This document shows, one piece after another, positions 46,947 through 56,665 of a DNA stretch of 64,000 nt (its first letter is position 1; each line of letters opens with the position of its first letter). The notes under the pieces are model-generated. The model saw only the letters and a program-made list of their open reading frames with translations. It was not told the origin of the DNA and ran no database searches. The DNA comes from Candidatus Woesearchaeota archaeon (GTDB taxonomy: Archaea > Nanobdellota > Nanobdellia > Woesearchaeales > ARS49): positions 25,653 through 89,652 of the forward strand of contig JACQNC010000014.1 of NCBI GenBank assembly GCA_016203225.1, given 5' to 3'. Made by a program: the position numbers and the translations under genes.

Positions 46947-47017
46947 CCCCGGCACGATTGACGTCTCATCACGGCTATCGATCCAATTGCAATAATGCCA
47001 CTACAAAACTGCTTGGG
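46947..47017. repeat. Palindromic element copy G (71 bp, 1 mismatch to F)
   Basis: Direct repeat of copy F including 14 bp of left flank. Confidence 0.92.
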
Positions 47018-47130
47018 AAGATCACATTTCAACTCATCACGTGATTCCTGTCCTTTTCCCTTCGTCGGAGGCGACCGAAAAGCATATAAACGACCCGGCA
47101 GCGCGTTTTCCCGAGAAAGGAGGTCAACCT

Positions 47131-47325
47131 ATGCCCAAAGTCAAGGCAGATATCCCTGCATTGCAGGAAGATGAAGACGACGTCTCGAAGGAGGATTACG
47201 AGGACAAGGACGACGTCAAAGCGGTCATCCCGGATGACGACGACACGGACGACGACGATGTCGAGGATGGCGAGGACACAGAGCAGGACGCCGCCGGCGC
47301 AATCGACATCGGCGACGATCTATAA
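47131..47325 (+). CDS. Small highly acidic protein (64 aa)
   Basis: AGGAGG RBS, TATAAA promoter, T-rich tract downstream; D/E-dominated sequence. Confidence 0.7.
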   Translation: MPKVKADIPALQEDEDDVSKEDYEDKDDVKAVIPDDDDTDDDDVEDGEDTEQDAAGAIDIGDDL

Positions 47326-47424
47326 TATCTTTTTCAATATATATTTTCTAGTCATCTAGTAACCACTCTCGAATAGAAAAACTTTATATAGTTCTCGCAT
47401 CGTCCGTGTTGCTGGGGGTAGTGA

Positions 47425-49872
47425 ATGAAAAAGGCTTATTCCGCGAGTGACGTGAGGTCTCCCGAGCTTCTCCGCGCGATGCGCTGGCAGATCAAGGCGT
47501 TGGAACAGGCACGCGACAACGTAATCATAGGAGATAAAGAGCGCGGCGCGGACTACCTCTTCGACCACGAAGGCAGACTTCTCAAACAATTCAACGCCAT
47601 CGAAGACGCGGCATACAAAGCGCAACACCCAGTCAGGCACGCGGTGCGCAAGGGCTGGCGCTACGCCACGCACGAAGCCACGCTCGCAGCGACGATGCTA
47701 TTCGCGCTAACCACGCCTGGAATGGTGCAGCGCGCGTACGCGGACGAGCCTGTGCCGCAGGAAGTCAAGCAAGACCTACAAGAGACGGTGCGCTCGATAC
47801 TCGCGGAAGGCAACGTCCAAAACCGCGACACGAAAGAAGGCAAGGTGTTCGTGACGCTCAATGACGGCCGCGTTCTCGAATACTCCGACACGCCCGGCAA
47901 GTCCACAGACATCCAGATATTGAAGGATGGCAACAAGGTCGGAACGATCTACCTCAGGGACGAACAGAAGACGCTCGAGCACGACGGCAAGACAGTCACG
48001 CTCACCGGGGAAGCCTACCGCGGATGGGAGAACGCCGTCTGCAAGTTCTTCGAAGGCAAAGAACTCTACCCGCAGGAACCCAAGAAGGAAGAACCCAAAC
48101 AGGATACTCCGAAAGAGCCGACGCTCAACGACCTCGCGGGCAAGTACTTCAACGAGGCCAACGTCGCCTCGCGCGGGGTCAGCCCGGCCGACGACAAGAT
48201 CAAGCTCATAATGCTCAAGGACGGAGAACTCGAAGGCCTGCGCCTCGAATACATCGACACGCCCGGCAGCTTCACGCACATCAACGTCATCTCGAGCGAC
48301 GGCAAACGCCTCGGCAACATCTTCCTCTCGGACAAGACGAAGACGGTCGACTTCCTCGACAGATCCTACAAAGGACTGGACGAAACAGAGTACAAAGCCA
48401 TCGAAAGCGTCGTGTACAGATTCTTCGAACAGAAAGAACTCGAAGAACCGAAACCAGAGCCGAAGCCGGATGACAAGCCGAAGGACGAACCGAAACCGGA
48501 AGACAAACCGAAGCCGGACAAGAAAGACGACACGTTCGTGAAGCTCACCGGCTCCAGCCTCTACCTTCCAGGCAGATTGTTCGACAACAACTACGCGCGG
48601 CTCTCAGGAGGCCTGGAAACGAAAGACTCAGGCATCCGCGGCAGGTTCGACGGCACGCTCTCGCTCGGCGACCTCGATCTCGGCTGGGACCTGTTCTACA
48701 CAGGCACCAGCGGCATCGAAGGCGACGCCGACCGCGATACGAGCGACCTTGGCGGCATCCTCTCGCTACGCCACAAGATAATCGACCTCAGACTCAACGC
48801 GGCGATGCTCGACACCGACTACGGGCGCGACTTCGCGAGCACGGCCATGCTCAGCCCGACGCTCCAACAGGACACGTCCGGAAGCGAAGAGACGAGCATC
48901 GAGACGCTGCTCTTCTCGGGCGCGCTGGACTACCGGCTGAACGATTCATTGCTGATCCAGCTGCTCGGGTGGAGCAACCGCACGAAGGACACACACCTGC
49001 TCAGCCAGACCGACCACATCTTCGGCACGGTCCTCGTGCCAGGCTTCGGACCTGTCGCGGTCGACGACACGGTCCTCACTGACGTCAGCACGAAGACGCT
49101 CACGCGCGAGCAAGGCATCGGCATGGGATTCGACGTCGCGCTCAGCAAGTACACCAAGCTCTCGCTCCTGCCGGTCTACACCAGACGCTCGATCAGCACC
49201 ACCGTGAACGGCGACGAGATACTGGACGAGGACTATGACAACCTCCGCCTGCAAGCACGGTTCCAATGGAACTCGCTCGTGCTCACCGCGGGCAGGTTGC
49301 AGCAGTTCAACGACGACCTCGACAGCGAATTCATCGGCGCAGGGCATTACAGCCTCCTCCTCGGCGAACACGTGCTCGGCCAGTTGCACGCAGGCATAGA
49401 CGACAACGGCAAAGGTTTCGGCGGACTGATGTTCAACTTCAACGCCACGCGCAAACTCACGACAGAGGACGTCATGGCAGCGGCGGCATACCGCAACTTC
49501 GCGCTCGACACCGCCATCGACTGGGGACTCACGCCCGACCAGCGCAGGAGCGCGCTATGGGACTCCCGCGACGCGTTCATCCGACGCACCGGCGGACTCA
49601 CAGTGGAGGCATGGCTGCGCGACCGCGACGGCCACAACGTGTACGGCATAGGATTCGGCGTCGACCTCGACCCGCTGATCCCGAGCCTGATACTGCTCGG
49701 CGACTTCGAAGGAGGCCGAGACTACCGGCAGTGGAGCCTCGGAGCGCGCAAGAAGCTATTCACCATCTCTGACATTCCAGTGAGCCTAGGCGTCGGGATC
49801 CAGTCAATCGATGACGGCGACCGTGGATCAAGCCAAGGCATGCTCGAGATCATCATAGGCGGCAAGCAATGA
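47425..49872 (+). CDS. 815-aa exported protein: two repeats, PK/PE linkers, C-terminal beta-barrel-like domain
   Basis: Hydrophobic segment ending AYA-DE, LEYSDTPG / LEYIDTPG repeats, many amphipathic Gly/aromatic strands. Confidence 0.75.
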   Translation: MKKAYSASDVRSPELLRAMRWQIKALEQARDNVIIGDKERGADYLFDHEGRLLKQFNAIEDAAYKAQHPVRHAVRKGWRYATHEATLAATMLFALTTPGMVQRAYADEPVPQEVKQDLQETVRSILAEGNVQNRDTKEGKVFVTLNDGRVLEYSDTPGKSTDIQILKDGNKVGTIYLRDEQKTLEHDGKTVTLTGEAYRGWENAVCKFFEGKELYPQEPKKEEPKQDTPKEPTLNDLAGKYFNEANVASRGVSPADDKIKLIMLKDGELEGLRLEYIDTPGSFTHINVISSDGKRLGNIFLSDKTKTVDFLDRSYKGLDETEYKAIESVVYRFFEQKELEEPKPEPKPDDKPKDEPKPEDKPKPDKKDDTFVKLTGSSLYLPGRLFDNNYARLSGGLETKDSGIRGRFDGTLSLGDLDLGWDLFYTGTSGIEGDADRDTSDLGGILSLRHKIIDLRLNAAMLDTDYGRDFASTAMLSPTLQQDTSGSEETSIETLLFSGALDYRLNDSLLIQLLGWSNRTKDTHLLSQTDHIFGTVLVPGFGPVAVDDTVLTDVSTKTLTREQGIGMGFDVALSKYTKLSLLPVYTRRSISTTVNGDEILDEDYDNLRLQARFQWNSLVLTAGRLQQFNDDLDSEFIGAGHYSLLLGEHVLGQLHAGIDDNGKGFGGLMFNFNATRKLTTEDVMAAAAYRNFALDTAIDWGLTPDQRRSALWDSRDAFIRRTGGLTVEAWLRDRDGHNVYGIGFGVDLDPLIPSLILLGDFEGGRDYRQWSLGARKKLFTISDIPVSLGVGIQSIDDGDRGSSQGMLEIIIGGKQ

Positions 49873-52800
49873 ACCTCAAATTGGTGCTGAGCGCAGTCCT
49901 GTTCCTCGCGAGCGTCAGCGCCATCGCCGCCATCGACATCGCCCCATCGCTCTCCTTCACGAGCGACACCACCAACACGTCAAGCACGGCGACGCTCACC
50001 GCAGTCGCGGTCGACCCCGACACGTCGCCCACCACGCCCGACATCGTCGGCATCACTATCTATAAGGACGGCGCGCCCGACGCTTCCAGCACGTGCGACG
50101 GCGCCTCAAGCACATGCGTACTTGTCGACGTCGAATACGAGCCCAGCGCGGGCGTGCACTCGTACTACGCGACAGCCACCGACGACGAAGGCAACACCGC
50201 CACGAGCGACGGCATAGTCATAACGTTCACAGGCACCAACGCGCCGCCGAACATCTCAGGCATCCCTGACGTGAACATCTCGGAGGATTCAGGCTACAAT
50301 CCGAGCCTGGTCAATCTGTGGACATACGCCTCAGACTTCGAGGATTCCGACAGCGAGCTCGTATTCACGATCCTCAACGAGAGCAACACCACCGTCGTCG
50401 ACTGCTCAATAACATCAGGACAGTTCGTCGACTGCAGCACCGTCACAGGCAACGCCACCGGCTCCAGCCTGGTCTTCGTCCAGGTCTCTGACGGGGAAGC
50501 GACAGACGTCGACGACTTCACGGTCACGGTCACGCCAGTGAACGACCCAGTAGTCGCGAACCTAAGCGTCATTCTCTCCAACCTCACCATCCCAGAGGAC
50601 GGCAACGGCACCATCGACCTCGTAGGAGCGTTCTCCGACGTAGACAACGCCACATTCATCTATACAGCATCAGATAGCCCTGACCTCGTAAACGTGACGT
50701 TCGCAGGAACGGTCTCCACGGTCCAGGGACTTTTCAACCTGAACGGCAACACGACGCTCACGTTCACGGCAAGCGACGGCGCTTTCTCTGCGAACCGAAG
50801 TGTCATCGTGAGTATCACGCCGGTCAACGACGCGCCCGCATGGATGACGATCCCGAACCAGACCTGGCCAGAGGACACGAACCTGACGCTGAACCTGAGC
50901 CTGTTCTCGAGCGACGTCGACAGCCCTGACCTGAACTGGACCGTGTCAGGCAACGTATTGATCAACATAACCATCGACAACGCATCCGGTCTCGCGAAAT
51001 TCGTCCCTGCTGCGGACTTCTTCGGCAGCGAGACTGTCACGTTCACCGCGACAGATGGCCTGCTCCCGACCGCGAGCAACGCCGTCGTATTGAACGTCAC
51101 GAACGTCAACGACGCGCCAGTGTTCAACGCCTCTGCGCCGCTGGCGAACCTCACGCTCCTCGAGGACGTCCTCAACCAGTCGCTCGACCTCTCGATATCA
51201 TTCTTCGACATCGACGGCCCAGACATCAACTGGACCGCGAACGCCACCGGACCTCTGACAGTCGCCATCAACCAGCTCACAGGCATAGTGAACATCACGT
51301 CGACGGCCAACGCGAGCGGCAACGGCACGATTGTATTCACAGCCACAGACGGCAACCTGACCTCGAACGCGAGCAACACGGTCTTCGTCACGGTCCTGCC
51401 CGTGAACGACGCGCCGACGCTCGTCACCGCGATCCCGAACATCACGTTCGCGGAAGAGAGCTCCTTCACGACAAACGTCACTCCGAACTTCTTCGACGTG
51501 GACAACGCGACCTTGAACTACAGCGTCGCATCCGACAACCCGAGCATCACCGCAACGATGCTGCCCGGCGGCATCCTCAACGTCTCTGCGCTCGCGGACT
51601 TCTTCGGCAGCGGAAACCTGACAGTGACCGCGACCGACGGAACGTTGATCGCGACCAGCAACCTGATCGTCACAGTGGTCACGGGCGTCAACGACGCGCC
51701 CGTCCTAAGCGTGCCGCTCGCCAACACCACATTCGCTGAAGAATCGAGCATCATAGTGAACCTCGCCAGCTTCTTCACCGACATCGACAACACGACGCTC
51801 GTCTTCACCGCCAGCTTCAACTCGAGCCAAGTCAACGTCTCGGTCAACGGCACGAACACGACCGTGACAGGCGTCCTCAACTACTTCGGGCCAGCGCCCG
51901 TCACGTACACCGCATCCGATGGCGCCTTGAGCGCGAACGGCACGGCGTTCTACACGATAACTAACGTCAACGACGCCCCGATCTACAGCCCCGCGCTCGC
52001 GAACCAATCCGCGAACGCCAACCTCTCATTCCTCTACGACATCAACGGACTCGACATCGACGGCGACGCGTTCACGTTCAACGACAACGCGACACAATTC
52101 GCGATCGGCAACGCGACAGGCATCATCTCGTTCACACCGACCACAGTCGAGACCATCTCTGTAGAGGTGAACGTCTGCGATGCAGTCGTATGCACGCCGG
52201 GCTTCTTCACCATCACTGTGGGCCCGCCCGTCAGCTTAATCCTCAACAGCACGTTCAACAGCACGCTCTTCAACGGCACGTTCACGAACTTCACGGGCGT
52301 TTCGGTAAGCACCGTGAACAACAGCGCGGTCTCCGTCGACTGGCAGATCAACAACTCCAACGTACAGAAGAGCACGGTAACCAACACGTTCGTCGTCAAC
52401 ACGAACAGCACGAACAGCACGCTGGTCAACAGCTCGTTGACGGACTGCACGGTCATCAATTCGCTGGTCAAGAACTACGTAGGAGCGTCTTGCTTCATCT
52501 CGGACTCGGTCGTCGACCCGCCAGGCGGCACCAACAACGTCACGGGCAGCACCATCGTGGGCGGCAGCACGGTCCTCGAGAGCGACGTACTGTTCAGCTT
52601 CGTGAACGGCTCGCGGATCGTGAACTCTACGAAGATCAATAGCACTATCGCGTCCAGCAACGTCACCGCGAGCAACAACACCAACACCACGCTCACATCT
52701 AGCACGGAGACGAACTCGGTCACGAGCGACAGCACGATCGCGTCCAGCACGGTAATCAACGACACGATCATCTCGAGCACGATCACCACTAGCACGATAA

Positions 52801-53564
52801 CGAACTCGAACGTGACGCTCTCTACGATAACGAACAGCACGATGAACCTCGTAAGCGTCTTCGACGCCACGATCGCGAGCGGCGTCATCTCAGCCGGGAC
52901 AATCACGTCCAACGGAACAACGTACAACGCGACAGCGTCCGGACCAGCCAACCTGACGGACCTGATCAACTACGCGCCGGTATCGAGCTTCACGCCCACG
53001 AGCCCCAGCGTGACGCTTGGCAGCATCATAACATTCACCAGCACGAGCACCGACCTGAACATCCCTGGCTCGTTGAACGACACGTTGACGTTCCTCTGGA
53101 CGTTCGGTGACAGCACGACAGCGAACACGTCCAGCGTCAACAAGACCTATGGAAGCGCAGGAACGTTCACGGTCACCTTGACTGTCACGGACAACTTCGG
53201 CGCGTCCAGCACCTCGACAGGCACGGCCAGCATAGCCTCAGCAGGCGGCGGAGGGGGCGGTGGCGGAGGCGGCGGAGGCGGCGGAAGCTCTTCGTCAGGC
53301 AGCAGCAGCAGCGGCGGCGCACCTCCTTTCAACGTGACAGTGTTCACTCCGTTGGCATTCCCCGAGACAGAGGACGAGCCCGAAACGAGCGAGCCCGTCG
53401 AGCCAAAGGTCGAACCGAAGCCTGAACCCAAGCCCTCGACTCCGACAGCAGCAGTCGTCGGCGCGGACCTTGACGCAGACCTCGGGATCGGCTTCACGAT
53501 CATCCTAGGCATCCTGCTCTTCGGACTGACAGGCTACTTCGTGGTTAGACAGATTTTGTTCTGA
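49869..53564 (+). CDS. Adhesin with cadherin-like (VNDAP) repeats, Ser/Thr beta-solenoid, PKD domain and C-terminal TM
   Basis: Repeated VNDAP / F(F/S)DVD units, SxIxxS pentapeptides, WTFGD PKD motif. Confidence 0.85.
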   Translation: MNLKLVLSAVLFLASVSAIAAIDIAPSLSFTSDTTNTSSTATLTAVAVDPDTSPTTPDIVGITIYKDGAPDASSTCDGASSTCVLVDVEYEPSAGVHSYYATATDDEGNTATSDGIVITFTGTNAPPNISGIPDVNISEDSGYNPSLVNLWTYASDFEDSDSELVFTILNESNTTVVDCSITSGQFVDCSTVTGNATGSSLVFVQVSDGEATDVDDFTVTVTPVNDPVVANLSVILSNLTIPEDGNGTIDLVGAFSDVDNATFIYTASDSPDLVNVTFAGTVSTVQGLFNLNGNTTLTFTASDGAFSANRSVIVSITPVNDAPAWMTIPNQTWPEDTNLTLNLSLFSSDVDSPDLNWTVSGNVLINITIDNASGLAKFVPAADFFGSETVTFTATDGLLPTASNAVVLNVTNVNDAPVFNASAPLANLTLLEDVLNQSLDLSISFFDIDGPDINWTANATGPLTVAINQLTGIVNITSTANASGNGTIVFTATDGNLTSNASNTVFVTVLPVNDAPTLVTAIPNITFAEESSFTTNVTPNFFDVDNATLNYSVASDNPSITATMLPGGILNVSALADFFGSGNLTVTATDGTLIATSNLIVTVVTGVNDAPVLSVPLANTTFAEESSIIVNLASFFTDIDNTTLVFTASFNSSQVNVSVNGTNTTVTGVLNYFGPAPVTYTASDGALSANGTAFYTITNVNDAPIYSPALANQSANANLSFLYDINGLDIDGDAFTFNDNATQFAIGNATGIISFTPTTVETISVEVNVCDAVVCTPGFFTITVGPPVSLILNSTFNSTLFNGTFTNFTGVSVSTVNNSAVSVDWQINNSNVQKSTVTNTFVVNTNSTNSTLVNSSLTDCTVINSLVKNYVGASCFISDSVVDPPGGTNNVTGSTIVGGSTVLESDVLFSFVNGSRIVNSTKINSTIASSNVTASNNTNTTLTSSTETNSVTSDSTIASSTVINDTIISSTITTSTITNSNVTLSTITNSTMNLVSVFDATIASGVISAGTITSNGTTYNATASGPANLTDLINYAPVSSFTPTSPSVTLGSIITFTSTSTDLNIPGSLNDTLTFLWTFGDSTTANTSSVNKTYGSAGTFTVTLTVTDNFGASSTSTGTASIASAGGGGGGGGGGGGGGSSSSGSSSSGGAPPFNVTVFTPLAFPETEDEPETSEPVEPKVEPKPEPKPSTPTAAVVGADLDADLGIGFTIILGILLFGLTGYFVVRQILF

Positions 53565-53573
53565 GGCAGGCTC

Positions 53574-53966
53574 ATGGATTTATCTCAGCTTGAGACCGCA
53601 TTGAGGCAGGCTTGGGCGCGCGAGACCAGCGCTGATCCTGACAGCTGGACCATTGAAAATCCGGCTTGGGGACAATGCGCGGTCACTGCGCTCGTCGTCA
53701 ATGATCATCTTGGCGGAAAACTCATTTGGGCGCCCGCAAAGCTTCCGGATGGCCGGGAAGTCTCGCACTATTTCAATGAGTTGCCGAACGGGGTTGTAGA
53801 TCTCACAAAGGTGCAATTTCCGCCAGGAACCTTGCTGCCTCCCGGTATCGAAAAGAAAAAGGACAAGATGTCCACGCGTGAATACGTTCTATCATTTCCT
53901 GCCACGCAGACGCGCTATCTGCTATTGAAACAGAGAGTGTTTGCCGTGATGCCAAAGACAGATTAG
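53574..53966 (+). CDS. YunG-like protein
   Basis: NPAWGQCAVTAL...HYFN...DLT..QF. Confidence 0.8.
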   Translation: MDLSQLETALRQAWARETSADPDSWTIENPAWGQCAVTALVVNDHLGGKLIWAPAKLPDGREVSHYFNELPNGVVDLTKVQFPPGTLLPPGIEKKKDKMSTREYVLSFPATQTRYLLLKQRVFAVMPKTD

Positions 53967-54518
53967 CTAAGCGGACAACGCGTCCTTTTCTTTGATCAAC
54001 GCCAGTTGCGCAGGCTTCCAGTCGCCGCGCTCCATGTGCGCTTCGACATTGTTCGGCACGTAGACTCCATACAGGTGCCCGCTGTTGCGGCCAACCATCA
54101 CGCGACCGTTGCCTTTCGACCCGCCCCAATAGAACAGCTTGAGCGGCACGGGGGCATAAACGCCTGATACGTATGAGAGACGCTGTATCGCTGCGCATAT
54201 GTCTGCCACGCCCTCGCCGAGCAACGGTACCGCCTGCGTCGCAAGCGCTGCGACGTCCTGGAGGGACTCCATAACGAAGTCCTCCGTGATCTTTCCAACC
54301 AGCGGGTCGTCGTGCGTGACCTTCTTGCGGTCGATATCGATCCAAGTGTTCAGAAGCAACGACTGCGATGTAAGGTTATCTGCCGAAGCCAGATCTCCCG
54401 CGTCGATGAGCGCGCGCAGGTACGCGAACCACGTCGGGGCTGACGGAGTGAACTTCTCTCCGCGATTGACCGAGCCCGAGATATGGTAAGAACGTGAAGC
54501 GATCTTGATGGCGCTCAT
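53967..54518 (-). CDS. Hypothetical protein (183 aa)
   Basis: ORF abutting the convergent gene; TAAATA upstream. Confidence 0.55.
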   Translation of the reverse strand: MSAIKIASRSYHISGSVNRGEKFTPSAPTWFAYLRALIDAGDLASADNLTSQSLLLNTWIDIDRKKVTHDDPLVGKITEDFVMESLQDVAALATQAVPLLGEGVADICAAIQRLSYVSGVYAPVPLKLFYWGGSKGNGRVMVGRNSGHLYGVYVPNNVEAHMERGDWKPAQLALIKEKDALSA

Positions 54519-54570
54519 CAAGGAGTGACACAGACGATGGCCGGTATTTATTGATTTAGCGGGTGGAAAA

Positions 54571-54978
54571 TCACAATCCCAACAACTGGTCCAACTCCCT
54601 GGCCGCGCGCCTGATGTCGTCCATCGTGCGCTCGGTGTCCTTGCGGAGCTCCTCGATCAACAGCTCCAGGTTGTTATCGCGCAGCCAGTAGAACCTGCCG
54701 TCGTACAGCACTAGCCCGTACTCTATCAGTTTGTTCAGGTGGTGCACGACAGTTCCTCTAGAGAGCTCGAGCGCCTCCGCCAATTCATCAGAACTCATCG
54801 GGCGGTTGACTTTCGCGGCTTTGAGAAGTTCGATGAATACGCGGAACATCGAGCGATCCTTGTCACGCAGCCCGAACAAACCCAGAGACGAGCCGAACCA
54901 CTGCAGTTCCTCGTTCAACGAAGGGCGAGGCGGCTTGCGCATCGTCACGATAGTGATGCGCCGTTGGATGAATGCCAT
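54571..54978 (-). CDS. Winged-helix (ArsR/TrmB-like) regulator
   Basis: SSDELAEALELSRGTVVHHLNKL HTH. Confidence 0.85.
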   Translation of the reverse strand: MAFIQRRITIVTMRKPPRPSLNEELQWFGSSLGLFGLRDKDRSMFRVFIELLKAAKVNRPMSSDELAEALELSRGTVVHHLNKLIEYGLVLYDGRFYWLRDNNLELLIEELRKDTERTMDDIRRAARELDQLLGL

Positions 54979-54980
54979 AG

Positions 54981-55334
54981 TCACCCGAGATATGTCGGGG
55001 TCTCCTTGGTCTCTTCGCCTTGCGTCGCCAGAAGATCCTTCTGTTTCTTCTCCGCCTTGATGAGCGCCTTCGGCTTCACGATCTTGCCGTATTCCTCCTC
55101 GTACTTCTTCACCGTGGCTTCAAGGACCTCGATTATCTTCTTCGCGTGCCACGGATCCACCATGACGACGTTGTGCTGCATCAGGAACGTAGGGCGGCCC
55201 TTGCCGCGCGGGTCGACGCGCGGCGTGATCATCTTGAAGTCGAAGAACACCTGCGTCGCGCTGAAGTTCGCGCTCATCTCGTGCGCGTACATCGCGCCGC
55301 CATCGTTGATGGTCATGTTGACTGGTTCTGCCAT
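54981..55334 (-). CDS. Conserved hypothetical protein (DUF3467-like)
   Basis: YAHE...FFDF...VVMVDPWHAK...YEEEYGKI pattern. Confidence 0.7.
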   Translation of the reverse strand: MAEPVNMTINDGGAMYAHEMSANFSATQVFFDFKMITPRVDPRGKGRPTFLMQHNVVMVDPWHAKKIIEVLEATVKKYEEEYGKIVKPKALIKAEKKQKDLLATQGEETKETPTYLG

Positions 55335-55382
55335 GGTTAGTCACCTTTGGTTGTTGATCATGTCTCGTCCCCTGCTGTTCTG

Positions 55383-55450
55383 CCCAAGCAGTTTTGAGGC
55401 TTTACGGCTATCGATGCGATCTCGATGAAGCCAATTCTAATCTGCCTGGG
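55383..55450. repeat. Palindromic element copy H (68 bp)
   Basis: CCCAAGCAGTTTTG...CTAATCTGCCTGGG. Confidence 0.8.
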
Positions 55451-55480
55451 AACGCAAAGATTTGGAGCGACAGCGGGACG

Positions 55481-56017
55481 TCATTCCTCTCCTTTCAGCA
55501 TCTTCTTGAGCTTCTCCTTGTCGGGAACCAGTTCGTGCAGTTGCCCGCCTGGGATCGTGCTGCTGAACTTCAGCCGTTGCGCCCATTGGCGCACGCTCTC
55601 TGCGTCGTTGACGTCCACGAAATAGTTCAGGTCGAACCATTCGTTCAGCTGCTCGCCGTGCTGGTTCCAACTGGACAGCCTGCACCCGGTCGGCTTGACC
55701 TCGTGGATGGTGCAGCCGTCCTTGCCAAGGAACGTGCAAGGTCCGTACGGCTGTTTCAGCATCTTCGGCCGCGAATGGGTGGTATTATACTTGGTGATCG
55801 GGTCGAAATACTTGTCCTTCAACTCGGCTTCTGTGATACCGAGATGGTGCGCGATGCGTTTCAGGTCTTCCGGCAACGTCGTTCCTGTTCCGTACTCGCA
55901 GCATTTCGTGCACTTATGCGATCTGCACGGCGTGTCCGCCAGTTCTTCCACTACGTTCAATGGCGTGGACTTTGTGATGTGTGCCGCCTCTTTTGGGACT
56001 TCCCTGCACGGGATCAT
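55481..56017 (-). CDS. YkgJ-family cysteine-cluster protein
   Basis: CxxxxCxxCC, CTFL...CTIH..KPxxCR. Confidence 0.85.
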   Translation of the reverse strand: MIPCREVPKEAAHITKSTPLNVVEELADTPCRSHKCTKCCEYGTGTTLPEDLKRIAHHLGITEAELKDKYFDPITKYNTTHSRPKMLKQPYGPCTFLGKDGCTIHEVKPTGCRLSSWNQHGEQLNEWFDLNYFVDVNDAESVRQWAQRLKFSSTIPGGQLHELVPDKEKLKKMLKGEE

Positions 56018-56132
56018 GGCGATGTCCTTGATGCCTAACTATAAAAATGTTTCCTTTTCGAGCACAACATTTAAATATAAGTTCAGTCTCATGCCATTCC
56101 TGTTGATGTGAAGTCAACGAGAATGGTGGGTA

Positions 56133-56663
56133 ATGGGAGAGCAAAAACCGACTAAACAAGAGCAAACCGCGCCTTCGATAGAGTCATTGAAGAAAGAACT
56201 TGACCACAAATCGAAGGAAGCTACGGATTACCTGGACCACCTCAAGCGACTGCAGGCTGACTTCGAGAACTTCATCAAGCGCAGCGAGAAAGACAAGCAG
56301 GCCTTCGTAGAATTCGCGAACGCCCGCTTGATAATGAAGTTCCTGGTCTTGCTTGATGAGCTCGAACAAGGGCTTGATTCGCTCACGAAACAAAACGTGC
56401 CAGGCGAACACGTGCGCGGGCTCTCCTTGATAGTCAAGAAATTCCATGCAATCCTCTCGGACGAGGGCGTGCGGCCGATCGAGAGCGTCGGCAAGCACGC
56501 GGACCCGTACCTGCACGAAGTCATGCTCGCGGAGCAGAAAGACGGCGTCGAAGACGGAATCATACTCGAAGAGCTCCAGAAGGGCTACCGCATGAAGGAC
56601 AAAGTCCTGCGGTACGCGAAAGTCAAGGTAGTGAAGAATCCTGGCAAAAGCCAGGGAGGCTAA
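56133..56663 (+). CDS. grpE: Nucleotide exchange factor GrpE
   Basis: [19 protein letters not shown]...VLR.AKV. Confidence 0.95.
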   Translation: MGEQKPTKQEQTAPSIESLKKELDHKSKEATDYLDHLKRLQADFENFIKRSEKDKQAFVEFANARLIMKFLVLLDELEQGLDSLTKQNVPGEHVRGLSLIVKKFHAILSDEGVRPIESVGKHADPYLHEVMLAEQKDGVEDGIILEELQKGYRMKDKVLRYAKVKVVKNPGKSQGG

Positions 56664-56665
56664 CA

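Noticed and set aside
53243-53320. GGC-rich tracts here and near 39997-40030
   Set aside because: Ordinary poly-Gly/Ser linkers in surface proteins.
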